Below are positions 8,567 through 17,795 of a DNA stretch of 64,000 nt, piece by piece (position 1 is the stretch's first letter; every line of letters starts with the position of its first letter). Below the pieces are notes generated by a model. It searched no databases, was not told the DNA's origin, and saw only the letters and a program-made list of their open reading frames with translations. A program made the translations under genes and the position numbers. Source of the DNA: an uncultured Solirubrobacteraceae bacterium (GTDB taxonomy: Bacteria > Actinomycetota > Thermoleophilia > Solirubrobacterales > Solirubrobacteraceae). The stretch spans positions 40,330-104,329 of the forward strand of contig CAVUFC010000028.1 in assembly GCA_963740605.1 (NCBI GenBank), read 5' to 3'.

Positions 8567-10087
8567 GTGGTCGAGCTCGAACCAGGTGCCGAGTTCGCCG
8601 GCTGCCGCATTGAAGCGGTCGCCGGCCGCGGCGGCATGGGCGTGGTGTACCGGGCAACCGAGCTGAGCCTCGGGCGGCCGGTCGCGCTCAAGCTCCTGGC
8701 GCCCGATCGGGCCCGCGACGAGGCGTTCCGGGAGCGGTTCCAGCGCGAGTCGCGCATGGCGGCGGCGATCGACCATCCCAACGTGATCCCGGTGTACGCG
8801 GCGGGCGAGCACGACGGGTCGCTGTACCTGGTGATGCGCTACGTCGGCGGCACCGACCTCCACGCGCTGCTGCGCGAGAGCGGCGCGCTGTCGCCCGCGC
8901 GCGCGGCCGACATCGTCGCCCAGATCGCCTCGGCGCTCGACGCCGCCCATCGCGCGGGCCTCGTGCACCGGGACGTGAAGCCCGCCAACGTGCTGCTCGC
9001 CGGGCACCACGCCTACCTGAGCGACTTCGGGCTGACACGGCTGGCGGGGTCGGACTCGGGGCTGACCGAGTCGGGCCACTGGATCGGGACGGTCGAGTAC
9101 TGCTCGCCGGAGCAGCTGCGCGGTCACCGCACGGACGCGCGCGCCGACGTGTACTCGCTCGGGTGCGTGCTGTTCGCCGCCTTGACCGGTGCGCCGCCGT
9201 TCACGAACGGGACCGTGCCGGCGACGATGCTCGCTCACCTCAACGATCCTCCGCAGCGGCCGTCCTCGATGGGAGCGCCGGCGGAATTCGACCGTGTGCT
9301 CGCGCGAGCGCTCGCGAAGTCACCGGACGATCGCTATCCGTCGGCCGGCGATCTCGGACGCGCGGCGCTGGCGGCGGCGCGCGGCGAGCCGGTCACGGAG
9401 TCCGAGCGCAGCGTGGCGGTCGGGCCGGCGGCCCCTTCGGAGGCGCCCACGGTGGTGAACGGCGGCGGGACCGCGATCACGCGCTGGGATCCGGACTCGC
9501 ACGAGGACGATCTCACCGCGGTCACGGCGATCGCCTCGCCGACGCGCACAGCGCCACGTCACGACGAACCCCCGCTCGAGCCCCACCAGGTCTCGCGGCC
9601 GCGCCGCTGGCCGTTCCAGATCGCCGCGGGGCTGATGGTGTTCATCGCGCTGGTCGCGGTCGGGCTGCTGCTCGGCCAGGTGTTCGGCGATCCGGGCGGC
9701 GCAAGCGGCTCCGGGGCGCAGACCGGGCCCCTGAGCGAGGACGAGGTCCGCTCGGTCGCCGAGGATTTCGCGACCGCTTACGGCAACGAGGACCCGGCCG
9801 CGCTGCGCGCGACGCTGGCGCGCAACGTCGTCCGCGTGCTCCCGGGTGGGCGCAGCCAGGGGCGCGATCAGGTGGTCGACCAGTACCAGCGCCAGTTCGA
9901 CGGCAACGTCGGCAGCTACGACCTCAACGACCTCACCGTCACCGGCGGGAAGGTCGGCCGCGCGACTGGCAACTACCACGTCGACCGCAAGGGAGGCGAC
10001 CCCTACGTGGGTCACATCGTGCTCGGCGTCATCCGCGAGCGCGGCGAGCCGCGCATCCAGCTGATCGCCGCGCGGCCCGCGAGCTAA
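8567..10087 (+). CDS. Ser/Thr protein kinase with one TM and an NTF2/SnoaL-like ectodomain
   Basis: GRGGMGVVYRA, ALKLL, HRDVKPANVLL, DFGL, SPEQ. TM at AAGLMVFIALVAVGLLLG. C-terminal AEDFATAYGNEDPAALRATLA... Confidence 0.9.
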   Translation: MVELEPGAEFAGCRIEAVAGRGGMGVVYRATELSLGRPVALKLLAPDRARDEAFRERFQRESRMAAAIDHPNVIPVYAAGEHDGSLYLVMRYVGGTDLHALLRESGALSPARAADIVAQIASALDAAHRAGLVHRDVKPANVLLAGHHAYLSDFGLTRLAGSDSGLTESGHWIGTVEYCSPEQLRGHRTDARADVYSLGCVLFAALTGAPPFTNGTVPATMLAHLNDPPQRPSSMGAPAEFDRVLARALAKSPDDRYPSAGDLGRAALAAARGEPVTESERSVAVGPAAPSEAPTVVNGGGTAITRWDPDSHEDDLTAVTAIASPTRTAPRHDEPPLEPHQVSRPRRWPFQIAAGLMVFIALVAVGLLLGQVFGDPGGASGSGAQTGPLSEDEVRSVAEDFATAYGNEDPAALRATLARNVVRVLPGGRSQGRDQVVDQYQRQFDGNVGSYDLNDLTVTGGKVGRATGNYHVDRKGGDPYVGHIVLGVIRERGEPRIQLIAARPAS

Positions 10088-10641
10088 CAGCTCTTGGAGA
10101 TCACGACGTGGACCTTCGAGCCACGTCGCACCTGCGTGCCGGAGTCGGGATTCTGCTGGCACACGGCCGGGTCGCCGGGGAGCAGGTTCTCGAGCAGGCC
10201 GCCGCCCTTCTCGATCTCCGCCTTCAGGCCGAGGCCGGACAGCGTCTGCTGGACCTCGTCCTCCTTCTTGCCGCCGAGGTCGGGCACCGTCACCGGCACC
10301 TCCCGGGTCACGCGGAATGCGGTCAGCGCCGGCCCCCGCCGGGGCGCCGTCGCCATCACGTCGATCACGTTCGCCCCGGGCTCCAGCGCGACAGTCGCCG
10401 TGAACGTCCCACCACCGCTGACCGGCGCCTTCTGCCCGACGACCGTCACCGAGGCGCCGGCAGGCTCCACCGTGCCCTTCACCGCGACGGTCTCGTCCCG
10501 CACCGTCGTCAGGTCCGTGGGCGAGTTGACCTTCAGCGCCACCGGCGTGGGCGGCTTCTGCGCGCGCGGTGGGTCCTGTGCGCCGCAGCCGGTCATAGCC
10601 GCCGCGGCTATGCAGGCGAAAAGGATGTATTGGCGGCGCAT
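10084..10641 (-). CDS. lipoprotein with Ig-like domain and one PASTA domain
   Basis: Lipobox AAMTGC. C-terminal VTVPDLGGKKEDEVQQTLSGLGLKAEIEKGG...GSKVHVVISK is PASTA-like. Confidence 0.7.
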   Translation of the reverse strand: MRRQYILFACIAAAAMTGCGAQDPPRAQKPPTPVALKVNSPTDLTTVRDETVAVKGTVEPAGASVTVVGQKAPVSGGGTFTATVALEPGANVIDVMATAPRRGPALTAFRVTREVPVTVPDLGGKKEDEVQQTLSGLGLKAEIEKGGGLLENLLPGDPAVCQQNPDSGTQVRRGSKVHVVISKSC

Positions 10642-10741
10642 GGGGCCGTATGAGGCTAGCCACGGGTGCGAAAGCGGACACCCGACCGCGAACGCGCGAA
10701 CCTACGGGCGTCCGACGCGTTTCATCCCTTGGGGACCAAAC

Positions 10742-10813
10742 GGGCGCCCCACCGCGTGGCATCAGGGCGTACGGATCGATGCACGGAGGGCGGGGCGCCC
10801 TTAGCCCCTTTTT
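10742..10813 (+). promoter_or_regulatory. candidate attenuator/terminator structure in the 245-bp leader of the PLD gene
   Basis: GGGCGCCCC (10742-50) is complementary to GGGGCGCCC (10792-800). Alternatively GGGGC (10792-96) pairs with GCCCC (10804-08) and is followed by TTTTT (10809-13). Confidence 0.25.
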
Positions 10814-10886
10814 GCCCGCGCGGCCCCAGAAATCCGACCGCTGGGTCAGATGTAGTACACGCCCCCGCAGCGGGGATAACCGGTTC

Positions 10887-12335
10887 ATGTCCGCCCTCGA
10901 CTCTGTCGACCGTCTGGTTGGGCGTGCGCTCGAGCTCTCGCTCGAGACGCACCATCGCTACCGCTTGTGGCGTCTTGGCCGGCTCGACGCGCTGAACCCG
11001 CCGGACGACGGCTCGCCCTGGTGCCGGGAGGCGCCGCCGCCGCGGCACGGGTGCTCGATCGACGTGCTGATCGACGGGCAGGAGGCGCTCGCCGCGATCG
11101 CCGAGGCGATTCGCGGCGCACAGCGCTCGGTGCGTATCGCGGGCTGGCACTCGGCACCGCATTTCGCGCTCGAGCGCGGCGAGCCGCCGACCGTGCTGCG
11201 CGAGCTGCTGGCCGAGACCGCCGCGCGCGGCGTCGAGGTCCGCGTGCTGCTGTGGGCCGGCGCGCCGCTGCGCGTGTTCACGCCGGCGCGCGCCGCCGTC
11301 CGCGCCGACGCGGATGAGCTCCGACACGACACCGGCGTCCGCGTCGCCCTCGACGGCCGGGAGCGCCTGCTGCACTGTCACCACGAGAAGCTCGTCGTCG
11401 TGGACGACGAGCTCGCGTTCGTGGGCGGCGTCGACCTCACCGATCTCGGCGGCGATCGCTGGGACACGCCTCAACATCCTGCACGCGGGAGGCTCGGCTG
11501 GCACGACGCCGCCACGAGGCTGCGCGGTCCGATCGTCGCGGACGTTGCCGCGCACCTCGACCTGCGCTGGACGGCCGTGACCGGCGAGCCGCTCGCGGCG
11601 GTGCAGGCGCCTGCGGCCGCAGGCGACACCACGATCCAGCTGCTGCGTACCGTCCCGGAGCGCGTCTACGACAGCATGCGCAACGGCGCCTTCGGCATCC
11701 TCGAGGGGTACATGCGAGCGTTGCGCTCGGCCCGCGAGCTCGTGTACCTCGAGTCGCAGTTCTTCTGGCTACCCGAGCTCGTCCAGCTCCTGGCGGAGAA
11801 GCTGCGGGAGCCACCGAGCGACCGGTTCCGCGTCGTGGTCCTGCTCCCGTCGAAGGCGAACAACGGCGAGGAGGACACCCGCGGGATGCTCGCCCACCTG
11901 GTCGATGCCGACGGTGGGCGCGGACGGTTCCTGGCGACGACGATCGACGCGATGACCGGCTCCACGGTGGACCGGCTCTACGTCCACGCCAAGATCGGGA
12001 TCGTCGACGACCGCTGGCTGACGATCGGATCGGCCAACCTCAACGCCCACTCGTTCCTCAACGACACCGAGGTCAACGTCCAGGTCGCCGACGAGACGCT
12101 CGCGCGCGCCACGCGGCTCCGGCTGTGGAGCGAACATCTCGGGCTGCCCGAGGACGCGGTTGCGGGCGATCCCACCGACGTCGTCGACCGGCTCTGGATC
12201 CCGATCGCCAAGCGTGGCCGCGAGCAGCACCGTGCGGGTCGCCGTCGCGAGCACCGCCTTCGCGAGCTCGCCCCGAGCTCCCGCAAGGTCGAGCGGCTGA
12301 TCGGCCCCATGGACGCGATCGTCGTCGACTCCTGA
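10887..12335 (+). CDS. phospholipase D-family protein (two HKD motifs)
   Basis: HCHHEKLVVVDD...GGVDL and HAKIGIVDDRWLTIGSANLN. ATG at 10887. Confidence 0.85.
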   Translation: MSALDSVDRLVGRALELSLETHHRYRLWRLGRLDALNPPDDGSPWCREAPPPRHGCSIDVLIDGQEALAAIAEAIRGAQRSVRIAGWHSAPHFALERGEPPTVLRELLAETAARGVEVRVLLWAGAPLRVFTPARAAVRADADELRHDTGVRVALDGRERLLHCHHEKLVVVDDELAFVGGVDLTDLGGDRWDTPQHPARGRLGWHDAATRLRGPIVADVAAHLDLRWTAVTGEPLAAVQAPAAAGDTTIQLLRTVPERVYDSMRNGAFGILEGYMRALRSARELVYLESQFFWLPELVQLLAEKLREPPSDRFRVVVLLPSKANNGEEDTRGMLAHLVDADGGRGRFLATTIDAMTGSTVDRLYVHAKIGIVDDRWLTIGSANLNAHSFLNDTEVNVQVADETLARATRLRLWSEHLGLPEDAVAGDPTDVVDRLWIPIAKRGREQHRAGRRREHRLRELAPSSRKVERLIGPMDAIVVDS

Positions 12336-12345
12336 CGGGCTCGGC

Positions 12346-12735
12346 CTAGATGTAGTACATGTGCGCGCCCGCGGAGCGGTTCTCGCGCTCGACCACGTCA
12401 CTGATCGTGGCGTTCTGCATGATCGCGCGGGCGGCCGCGGCGGCGTCGGAGAACACGGACTCGGCGCCGGCGCCGAACGGGCCGTCGAGCAGCTCGACGA
12501 CCTCGAGTACGGTGACCTCGGACGGGTCGCGGGCGAACGAGTAGCCGCCCTTGACGCCGCGCTGGGACTTCAGGATCCCGGCCCGGCGGAGGTTGGCGAA
12601 CAGCTGCTCGAGGAACTGGACCGGGATGTCGCGGCGCTTGGCCAGCTCGCCGATCGGCACGGGGCCGGCGCCGCTGCGGGCGAGCTCCGCGAGTGCGCGC
12701 ACGGCGTAGGGGGACTTGGTCGTGATCGACAGCAT
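12346..12735 (-). CDS. Rrf2-family transcriptional regulator (no Cys ligands)
   Basis: MLSITTKSPYAVRALAELA...IPVQFLEQLFANLRRAGILKSQRGVKGGY. No cysteine in the 129 aa. Confidence 0.85.
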   Translation of the reverse strand: MLSITTKSPYAVRALAELARSGAGPVPIGELAKRRDIPVQFLEQLFANLRRAGILKSQRGVKGGYSFARDPSEVTVLEVVELLDGPFGAGAESVFSDAAAAARAIMQNATISDVVERENRSAGAHMYYI

Positions 12736-12765
12736 CTCCCCTCATCCTGCCAGCATCACCGGCCG

Positions 12766-13116
12766 ATGCGCGTCCTATCCCGGTTCGGGCCGCCGATAGC
12801 GCTGATGGCGGTGATCTTCTTCCTGTCGGCGCAGCCGGACCTGAACTCGGGCCTCGGCGTGTGGGACACGATCGGTCGGAAGCTGATCCACATGGCCTCG
12901 TTCGGCCTCCTGTGGCTGCTGTGGCAGCGCGCGCTGGCGACCCCCGTCGTGTATCCGGCGATCCTCATCACGCTCGCGTATGCGGCGCTCGACGAGTACC
13001 ACCAGACGTTCGTGGAAGGGCGACACGGGACGCCGGCCGACGTGTTGATCGACGCGGTCGGCATCGCCATCGCGGTCGCCCTGCACGCCCGGCTGCGCAC
13101 ACGCATCCGGGAATAG
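12766..13116 (+). CDS. VanZ-family membrane protein
   Basis: IFFLSAQP...KLIHMASFGLL...LDEYHQTFVEGRHGTPADVLIDAVG. ATG at 12766. Confidence 0.7.
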   Translation: MRVLSRFGPPIALMAVIFFLSAQPDLNSGLGVWDTIGRKLIHMASFGLLWLLWQRALATPVVYPAILITLAYAALDEYHQTFVEGRHGTPADVLIDAVGIAIAVALHARLRTRIRE

Positions 13117-13144
13117 CCACCCGCGCAGGGGCGTCGTCCCCTGT

Positions 13145-14284
13145 ATGCGAGTCATGTTCTGTACCCGTGCGGGCGCCGGCCACTTCGGGCCGCTCGTCCC
13201 GTTCGCGAAAGCCTTCCTGAGAAACAACGACGAGGTCGTGTTCGTGGCCCCCGCCGAGTCGGCCGCGATGATCGCGGGCGCCGGCTTCGACCACGAGCTG
13301 ATCCCGAACCCGCCCACCCAAGGGCGCGCCGAGCTGTTAACCCGCGCGCGCCGGATGAGCTGGGACGAGGCCAACGTGGTGGTCGTCCGCGACCTGTTCG
13401 TCGCCACGGACACCCCCGCCAACTTCCCCCACGTCGTCGACGCGATCGAGACCCACCGCCCCGACGTCGTGCTCTGGGAGGCGTCGGATTTCGCCGCCGC
13501 CCTCGCCGCCGAGGCGACGGGAGTTCCGGCGGTGTGTATCGGCATCACGCAGGCCCGCCACCGCGAGGTGCTGGCCGACGTCGTGAGCGAGGCGCTCGAG
13601 GCGGTCCGCCCCGGGCTCGGCCTCCCGCCCGACCCCACGCTCGGGCGGATGGACTCGATCCCCTACTTCACACTCATGCCAGAGGAGTTCGAGGACCCGG
13701 AGACGCCCGGGCTGCCGCACGCGCTCCGGTTCCGCGAGCGGACCACCAAGGCGCGCCCGCTGCCGGACTGGTGGGAGCACGCCGAGTGGCCGCTCGTCTA
13801 CCTGACGCTCGGCTCGGTCGCCCCGACGATGGACTTCTTCCCCGGCGTCTACCGCGAGTCGCTCGACTCCCTCAGCCACCTGCCCGTCCGCGTGCTGGTG
13901 ACAGTGGGCCGCGACCGCGACCCCGCCGATCTCGGTCCGGTCGGGCCGAACGTGCACGTCGCCCGCTGGGTGCCGCAGGCCGACGTGATGCCCCACACCG
14001 CCGCGATGATCTGCCACGGCGGGTCGGGCACGGTGCGCGCCGGTCTCGCCGCGGGCGTCCCGCTGGCGGTGCTCCCGCTGTTCGCCGACCAGCCCTTCAA
14101 CGCGCAGCGCGTCAGCGAGCTCGGGGCGGGCATCACGCTCGACGACGCCGCAGGCGCCGGCGACGCCGTGCGCCGGCTCCTCGGCGACCCCTCCTACGGG
14201 AAGGCGGCGCAGAGAGTCGCGGCGGCAACCCGCAGGCTGCCGACGGTGGACCGAGCGGTAGAGATCGTGCGCGGGCTGGCCTAG
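13145..14284 (+). CDS. GT1-family glycosyltransferase (MGT/UDP-glycosyltransferase-like)
   Basis: N-terminal RAGAGHFGPLVPFA. C-terminal HGGSGTVRAGLAAGVPLAVLPLFADQPFNA. Confidence 0.8.
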   Translation: MRVMFCTRAGAGHFGPLVPFAKAFLRNNDEVVFVAPAESAAMIAGAGFDHELIPNPPTQGRAELLTRARRMSWDEANVVVVRDLFVATDTPANFPHVVDAIETHRPDVVLWEASDFAAALAAEATGVPAVCIGITQARHREVLADVVSEALEAVRPGLGLPPDPTLGRMDSIPYFTLMPEEFEDPETPGLPHALRFRERTTKARPLPDWWEHAEWPLVYLTLGSVAPTMDFFPGVYRESLDSLSHLPVRVLVTVGRDRDPADLGPVGPNVHVARWVPQADVMPHTAAMICHGGSGTVRAGLAAGVPLAVLPLFADQPFNAQRVSELGAGITLDDAAGAGDAVRRLLGDPSYGKAAQRVAAATRRLPTVDRAVEIVRGLA

Positions 14285-15447
14285 AGCCAGCCGCGCTCGG
14301 TGGCGTGCAGGACGGCCTGGGCGCGGTCGACCGCGCCGAGCTTGCCGTAGATGTTGTGCAGGTGCGTACGCACCGTGCTCGTCGAGAGCGAGAGCTCGAG
14401 CGCGATCTGCTTGTAGACCATGCCCTGCGCCAGCCGCTTGAGGACCTCGAGCTCACGCGAGGACAGCGGGCACGGCTCGACCGAGCGCGGGCGGTCCTTG
14501 CTCGGGTACGGCAGGTCGTAGAGGACGGCCCGGAGCTCGCTCGGGCCGAAGCCGACCGCGCGGGCGGCCTTCAGCAGCTCGGTCGAGGAGACCGGCGAGC
14601 CCTGCGAGTAGTGCGCCAGCATGTCGGCGAGGCGGACGAACGCGCTGTCACCCTGGGCATCCTCGGCGTGGTGGCGCTCGATCGCGGTCGCGACGGCCTT
14701 CGGCAGGTTCCACCGGCGGGCGAGGACGCCGCCCACCAGCGCGTGGTCGACACCGAGCTCGCGGCGCTCGTAGTGCAGGCGCTCCTCCGGCGTGCGCGCG
14801 GGGCCGTGGACCTGGCGCGGGTAGCCCGGGTACGCGTGCATGAGCACGAGCTTGCCGACATCGTGGAGAAGGGCGGTGACGAGCAGGCGGTCGCGATGCG
14901 GGTAGCCGGACGCGGCGGCGAGCCGATCGGCCGCGCGCTGAACGGCGACGGCGTGCAGACGGAAGCGCTCCGGTGCCGCGTCCCACGTCTTGCCGCGCTC
15001 GAAGAACTCGAACGTCTCGGTGTTCGTCGCCAGCCGCTGGACGGCCTCCGGAGAGAGCACCTCGACCGCGCTGACAATCGACTCGACCTGGCCGCGCTTG
15101 GGCGAGTCGAGCCCGTTCGCGAGGCGCAGCACGGCGATCACGAGCGCGACGTCGGACTCGATGGCCCGCACGACCTCGCCGGTCGACGGATGCTCCTCGG
15201 CCATCAGCGCGACCAGGCGGTTGCGCGACTCGGCGAGTGCGGGGAAGAGTTCGAGCGCCTCGAAGGCGGCGGTCAGGCGCTTGCCGTGACCCTCGTTGCG
15301 CGGACGGCCGACGACCGCGTACGGCTCGCGGCCAGGGGCCTTCGCCACGCGGGTCGCGTCGGGGGTGCTGGCAGGGGGTGCAGCAGGCGGCATGAGAGTG
15401 TCGTCAGGCGTCACGGGAATCTGTTCAGGCGGTTCTTGGCCTGGCAT
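14281..15447 (-). CDS. HDOD domain / LuxR-type HTH fusion regulator (start may be GTG 15522)
   Basis: HDOD-like LHDVGKLVL...HAxVGGVLARRWNLP...IERHH. C-terminal LSSRELEVLKRLAQGMVYKQIALELSLSTSTVRTHLHNIYGKLG. Confidence 0.75.
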   Translation of the reverse strand: MPGQEPPEQIPVTPDDTLMPPAAPPASTPDATRVAKAPGREPYAVVGRPRNEGHGKRLTAAFEALELFPALAESRNRLVALMAEEHPSTGEVVRAIESDVALVIAVLRLANGLDSPKRGQVESIVSAVEVLSPEAVQRLATNTETFEFFERGKTWDAAPERFRLHAVAVQRAADRLAAASGYPHRDRLLVTALLHDVGKLVLMHAYPGYPRQVHGPARTPEERLHYERRELGVDHALVGGVLARRWNLPKAVATAIERHHAEDAQGDSAFVRLADMLAHYSQGSPVSSTELLKAARAVGFGPSELRAVLYDLPYPSKDRPRSVEPCPLSSRELEVLKRLAQGMVYKQIALELSLSTSTVRTHLHNIYGKLGAVDRAQAVLHATERGWL

Positions 15448-15518
15448 GGCCCCGCCTTCAAGCCCTATCGGCAAGTCTGGACGGATCGTTGAGCCGCCAG
15501 CCCCGCCTTCGCGCCGCT

Positions 15519-16859
15519 TCACGTCCCCTTCCTCCCGTTAAGCGCATGGTCCACCCGAGCCAGGGTTTCGTCGCGCCCGAGCAGCGCAACTGTCTCGAAG
15601 ATACCCGGTGAGACGGTCGTTCCAGTCACCGCAACCCGCAACGGCTGGAAAACCTGCTTGCGCTTGACACCCAGCCGCTCGGCCACGTCGCCCAGCGCGG
15701 ACTCGAGGTTCTCCTCGGTCCACGGTGCCGGAACGTCGGCCAAAGCGGTCCGTACGGCGCTCAGCGCGTCCTTCGCACCCGGCGCTTCGAGGATCTTCTC
15801 GCGGGCCGCCGGATCGTCCGCGGGGCCGTCGAAGAAGAACTGCGTGAGCGGCCAGAACTCCGCCAGGGTCGAGATCTTGTCCTGTGAGATTTCGACCGCA
15901 CCGCGGAGTCCGCTCCGACCGGTGAGCGACTCCAGTCGCGCCGTCAGTTCGTCGACATCGAGCTCACGGAGGTAGCGCCCATTCATCCAGCGCAGCTTCT
16001 GCTCGTCGAACACGGCCGGCGATTTCGAGACCCGCTCGAGCCGGAAGCGCTGCTGGAGTTCGGAGATCGTGTGGAACGTCGTCTCCTCGTCATACCCCCA
16101 GCCGAGCAGCGCCAGGTAGTTGATGACCGCCTCCGCCAGGTACCCCGCGTCGCGCAGATCCTGCACCGATGTGGCGCCGTGGCGCTTGCTCAGCTTCTTC
16201 CCGTCAGGCCCGTGCAGCAGGGGCAGGTGGCCGTAGATCGGGGTCGGCGCCCCCATCGCCTGCTGTATCAGCATCTGCTTGGGCGTGTTGGAGTAGTGGT
16301 CGGCACCGCGCACGACGTGGGTGATGCCGGCGTCGGCGTCGTCGACCACCACGGCCAGGTGGTAGATCGCCGATCCGTCGGCGCGGGCGATCACGAGATC
16401 GTCCAACAGGGAGTTCTCGAAGGCGCTCTCGCCGCGGATTACGTCGTTGACGACCGTGACGCCGTCATCGGGCACGCGCAGGCGCACGGCGCCGCTGCCC
16501 TCGTCCTCGCCACGGAAGCCGCGGTTGCCGTGCTGCTCCTTGAACGCCTTGACGTCGTCGGGGCCGGCATTCGAGCGGTAGGCGTGCCCGTCGGCCAGCA
16601 ACTGCTCGACGACCTCGCGGTGGCGGTCGGCGTTCTGCGCCTGGTAGGTCGGCCCCTCGTCCCAGTCGATGCCGAGCCACTCGAGCGCGTCGAAGATCGT
16701 CTGGACGTTCTCGGGCGTCGACCGCTCACGATCGGTGTCCTCGATGCGCAGCACCAGCTGGCCGCCTTGCCCGCGGGCAAGCAGCCAGTTGTAGAGCGCC
16801 GTCCTCGCGTTCCCGATGTGCAGCGCCCCTGTCGGCGAAGGGGGGAACCGTACCCGCAT
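15519..16859 (-). CDS. gltX: glutamate--tRNA ligase
   Basis: RFPPSPTGALHIGNARTALYNW (HIGH), KLSKRHG (KMSKS). ATG at 16859. Confidence 0.92.
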   Translation of the reverse strand: MRVRFPPSPTGALHIGNARTALYNWLLARGQGGQLVLRIEDTDRERSTPENVQTIFDALEWLGIDWDEGPTYQAQNADRHREVVEQLLADGHAYRSNAGPDDVKAFKEQHGNRGFRGEDEGSGAVRLRVPDDGVTVVNDVIRGESAFENSLLDDLVIARADGSAIYHLAVVVDDADAGITHVVRGADHYSNTPKQMLIQQAMGAPTPIYGHLPLLHGPDGKKLSKRHGATSVQDLRDAGYLAEAVINYLALLGWGYDEETTFHTISELQQRFRLERVSKSPAVFDEQKLRWMNGRYLRELDVDELTARLESLTGRSGLRGAVEISQDKISTLAEFWPLTQFFFDGPADDPAAREKILEAPGAKDALSAVRTALADVPAPWTEENLESALGDVAERLGVKRKQVFQPLRVAVTGTTVSPGIFETVALLGRDETLARVDHALNGRKGT

Positions 16860-16931
16860 GGCCCTAAGCATGCCATGCGAACGTGCGCCAAGGGGGAGCG
16901 TTTCCGCGCGGCGGCTAGCCTTCCCGGCCCA

Positions 16932-17795
16932 ATGCTGATCGGCGCACACGTCTCCCCGGCCGGTGGGCCCGCCAACGCGGTCGAGCGCGGCGTCGAGCGC
17001 GGCTGCAAATCAATCCAGATCTTCAACCAAAGTCCGCGCCAGTGGAAACCCACCGTCTATGACGACGAGAAGGTGGCCGCGTTCAAGGAGGCGATGGCGG
17101 GATCGGACGTCGACGCCCTCGTGATTCACGCCGTCTACCTCCTGAACTGCGGCTCCGAGGACAAGGAGATCCGGGCCAAGTCGCTGACCTCGCTGACCGC
17201 TTCCCTGCGGGCCGGCGAGGCCCTCGGGGCGGTCTCGGTGGTGCTCCACCCGGGGTCGGCCCTGAAGGGATCGGTCAGCGCGGCGATCAAGCGCGCTTCC
17301 AAGACGATCGGCGAGGCGCTGAAGGAGTCCGGGAACTGCGCGCTGCACCTGGAGAACACCGCGGGCGCGGGCGGCACGCTCGGCCGCACGTTCGAGGAGC
17401 TCGCGGCGCTGATCGACGGCGCGGGCGGCGGGAAGCGGCTCGGCGCCTGCCTGGACTCCTGCCACCTGCTGGCGAGCGGCTACGACATCCGCACCGCGGA
17501 AGGCCTGAGCGGCGTGCTCGACGAGTTCGACCGCGTGGTGGGACTTGACCGCCTCGGCACGCTGCACGTGAACGACTCCAAGACTCCGCTCGGCTCCAAC
17601 GTCGACCGCCACATCAACCTCGGCGACGGCGAGCTCGGCCGCAAGGGCTGTGCCGCGTTCCTGTCCGAGCCGCGCTTCGACGGCCTGGCGTGCGTGTTCG
17701 AGGGCCCCGGCGCGTTCGGCAAGGGCGTCGAGAAGCCGGACATCGACAACGCGTGGAAGCTTCGCAAGCAGGGGCTGCGCACCCGGAAGAAGTGA
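16932..17795 (+). CDS. nfo: deoxyribonuclease IV (endonuclease IV)
   Basis: MLIGAHVS...SIQIFNQSPRQW...VLHPGS...LENTAG...DSCH...HVNDSK. Confidence 0.9.
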   Translation: MLIGAHVSPAGGPANAVERGVERGCKSIQIFNQSPRQWKPTVYDDEKVAAFKEAMAGSDVDALVIHAVYLLNCGSEDKEIRAKSLTSLTASLRAGEALGAVSVVLHPGSALKGSVSAAIKRASKTIGEALKESGNCALHLENTAGAGGTLGRTFEELAALIDGAGGGKRLGACLDSCHLLASGYDIRTAEGLSGVLDEFDRVVGLDRLGTLHVNDSKTPLGSNVDRHINLGDGELGRKGCAAFLSEPRFDGLACVFEGPGAFGKGVEKPDIDNAWKLRKQGLRTRKK

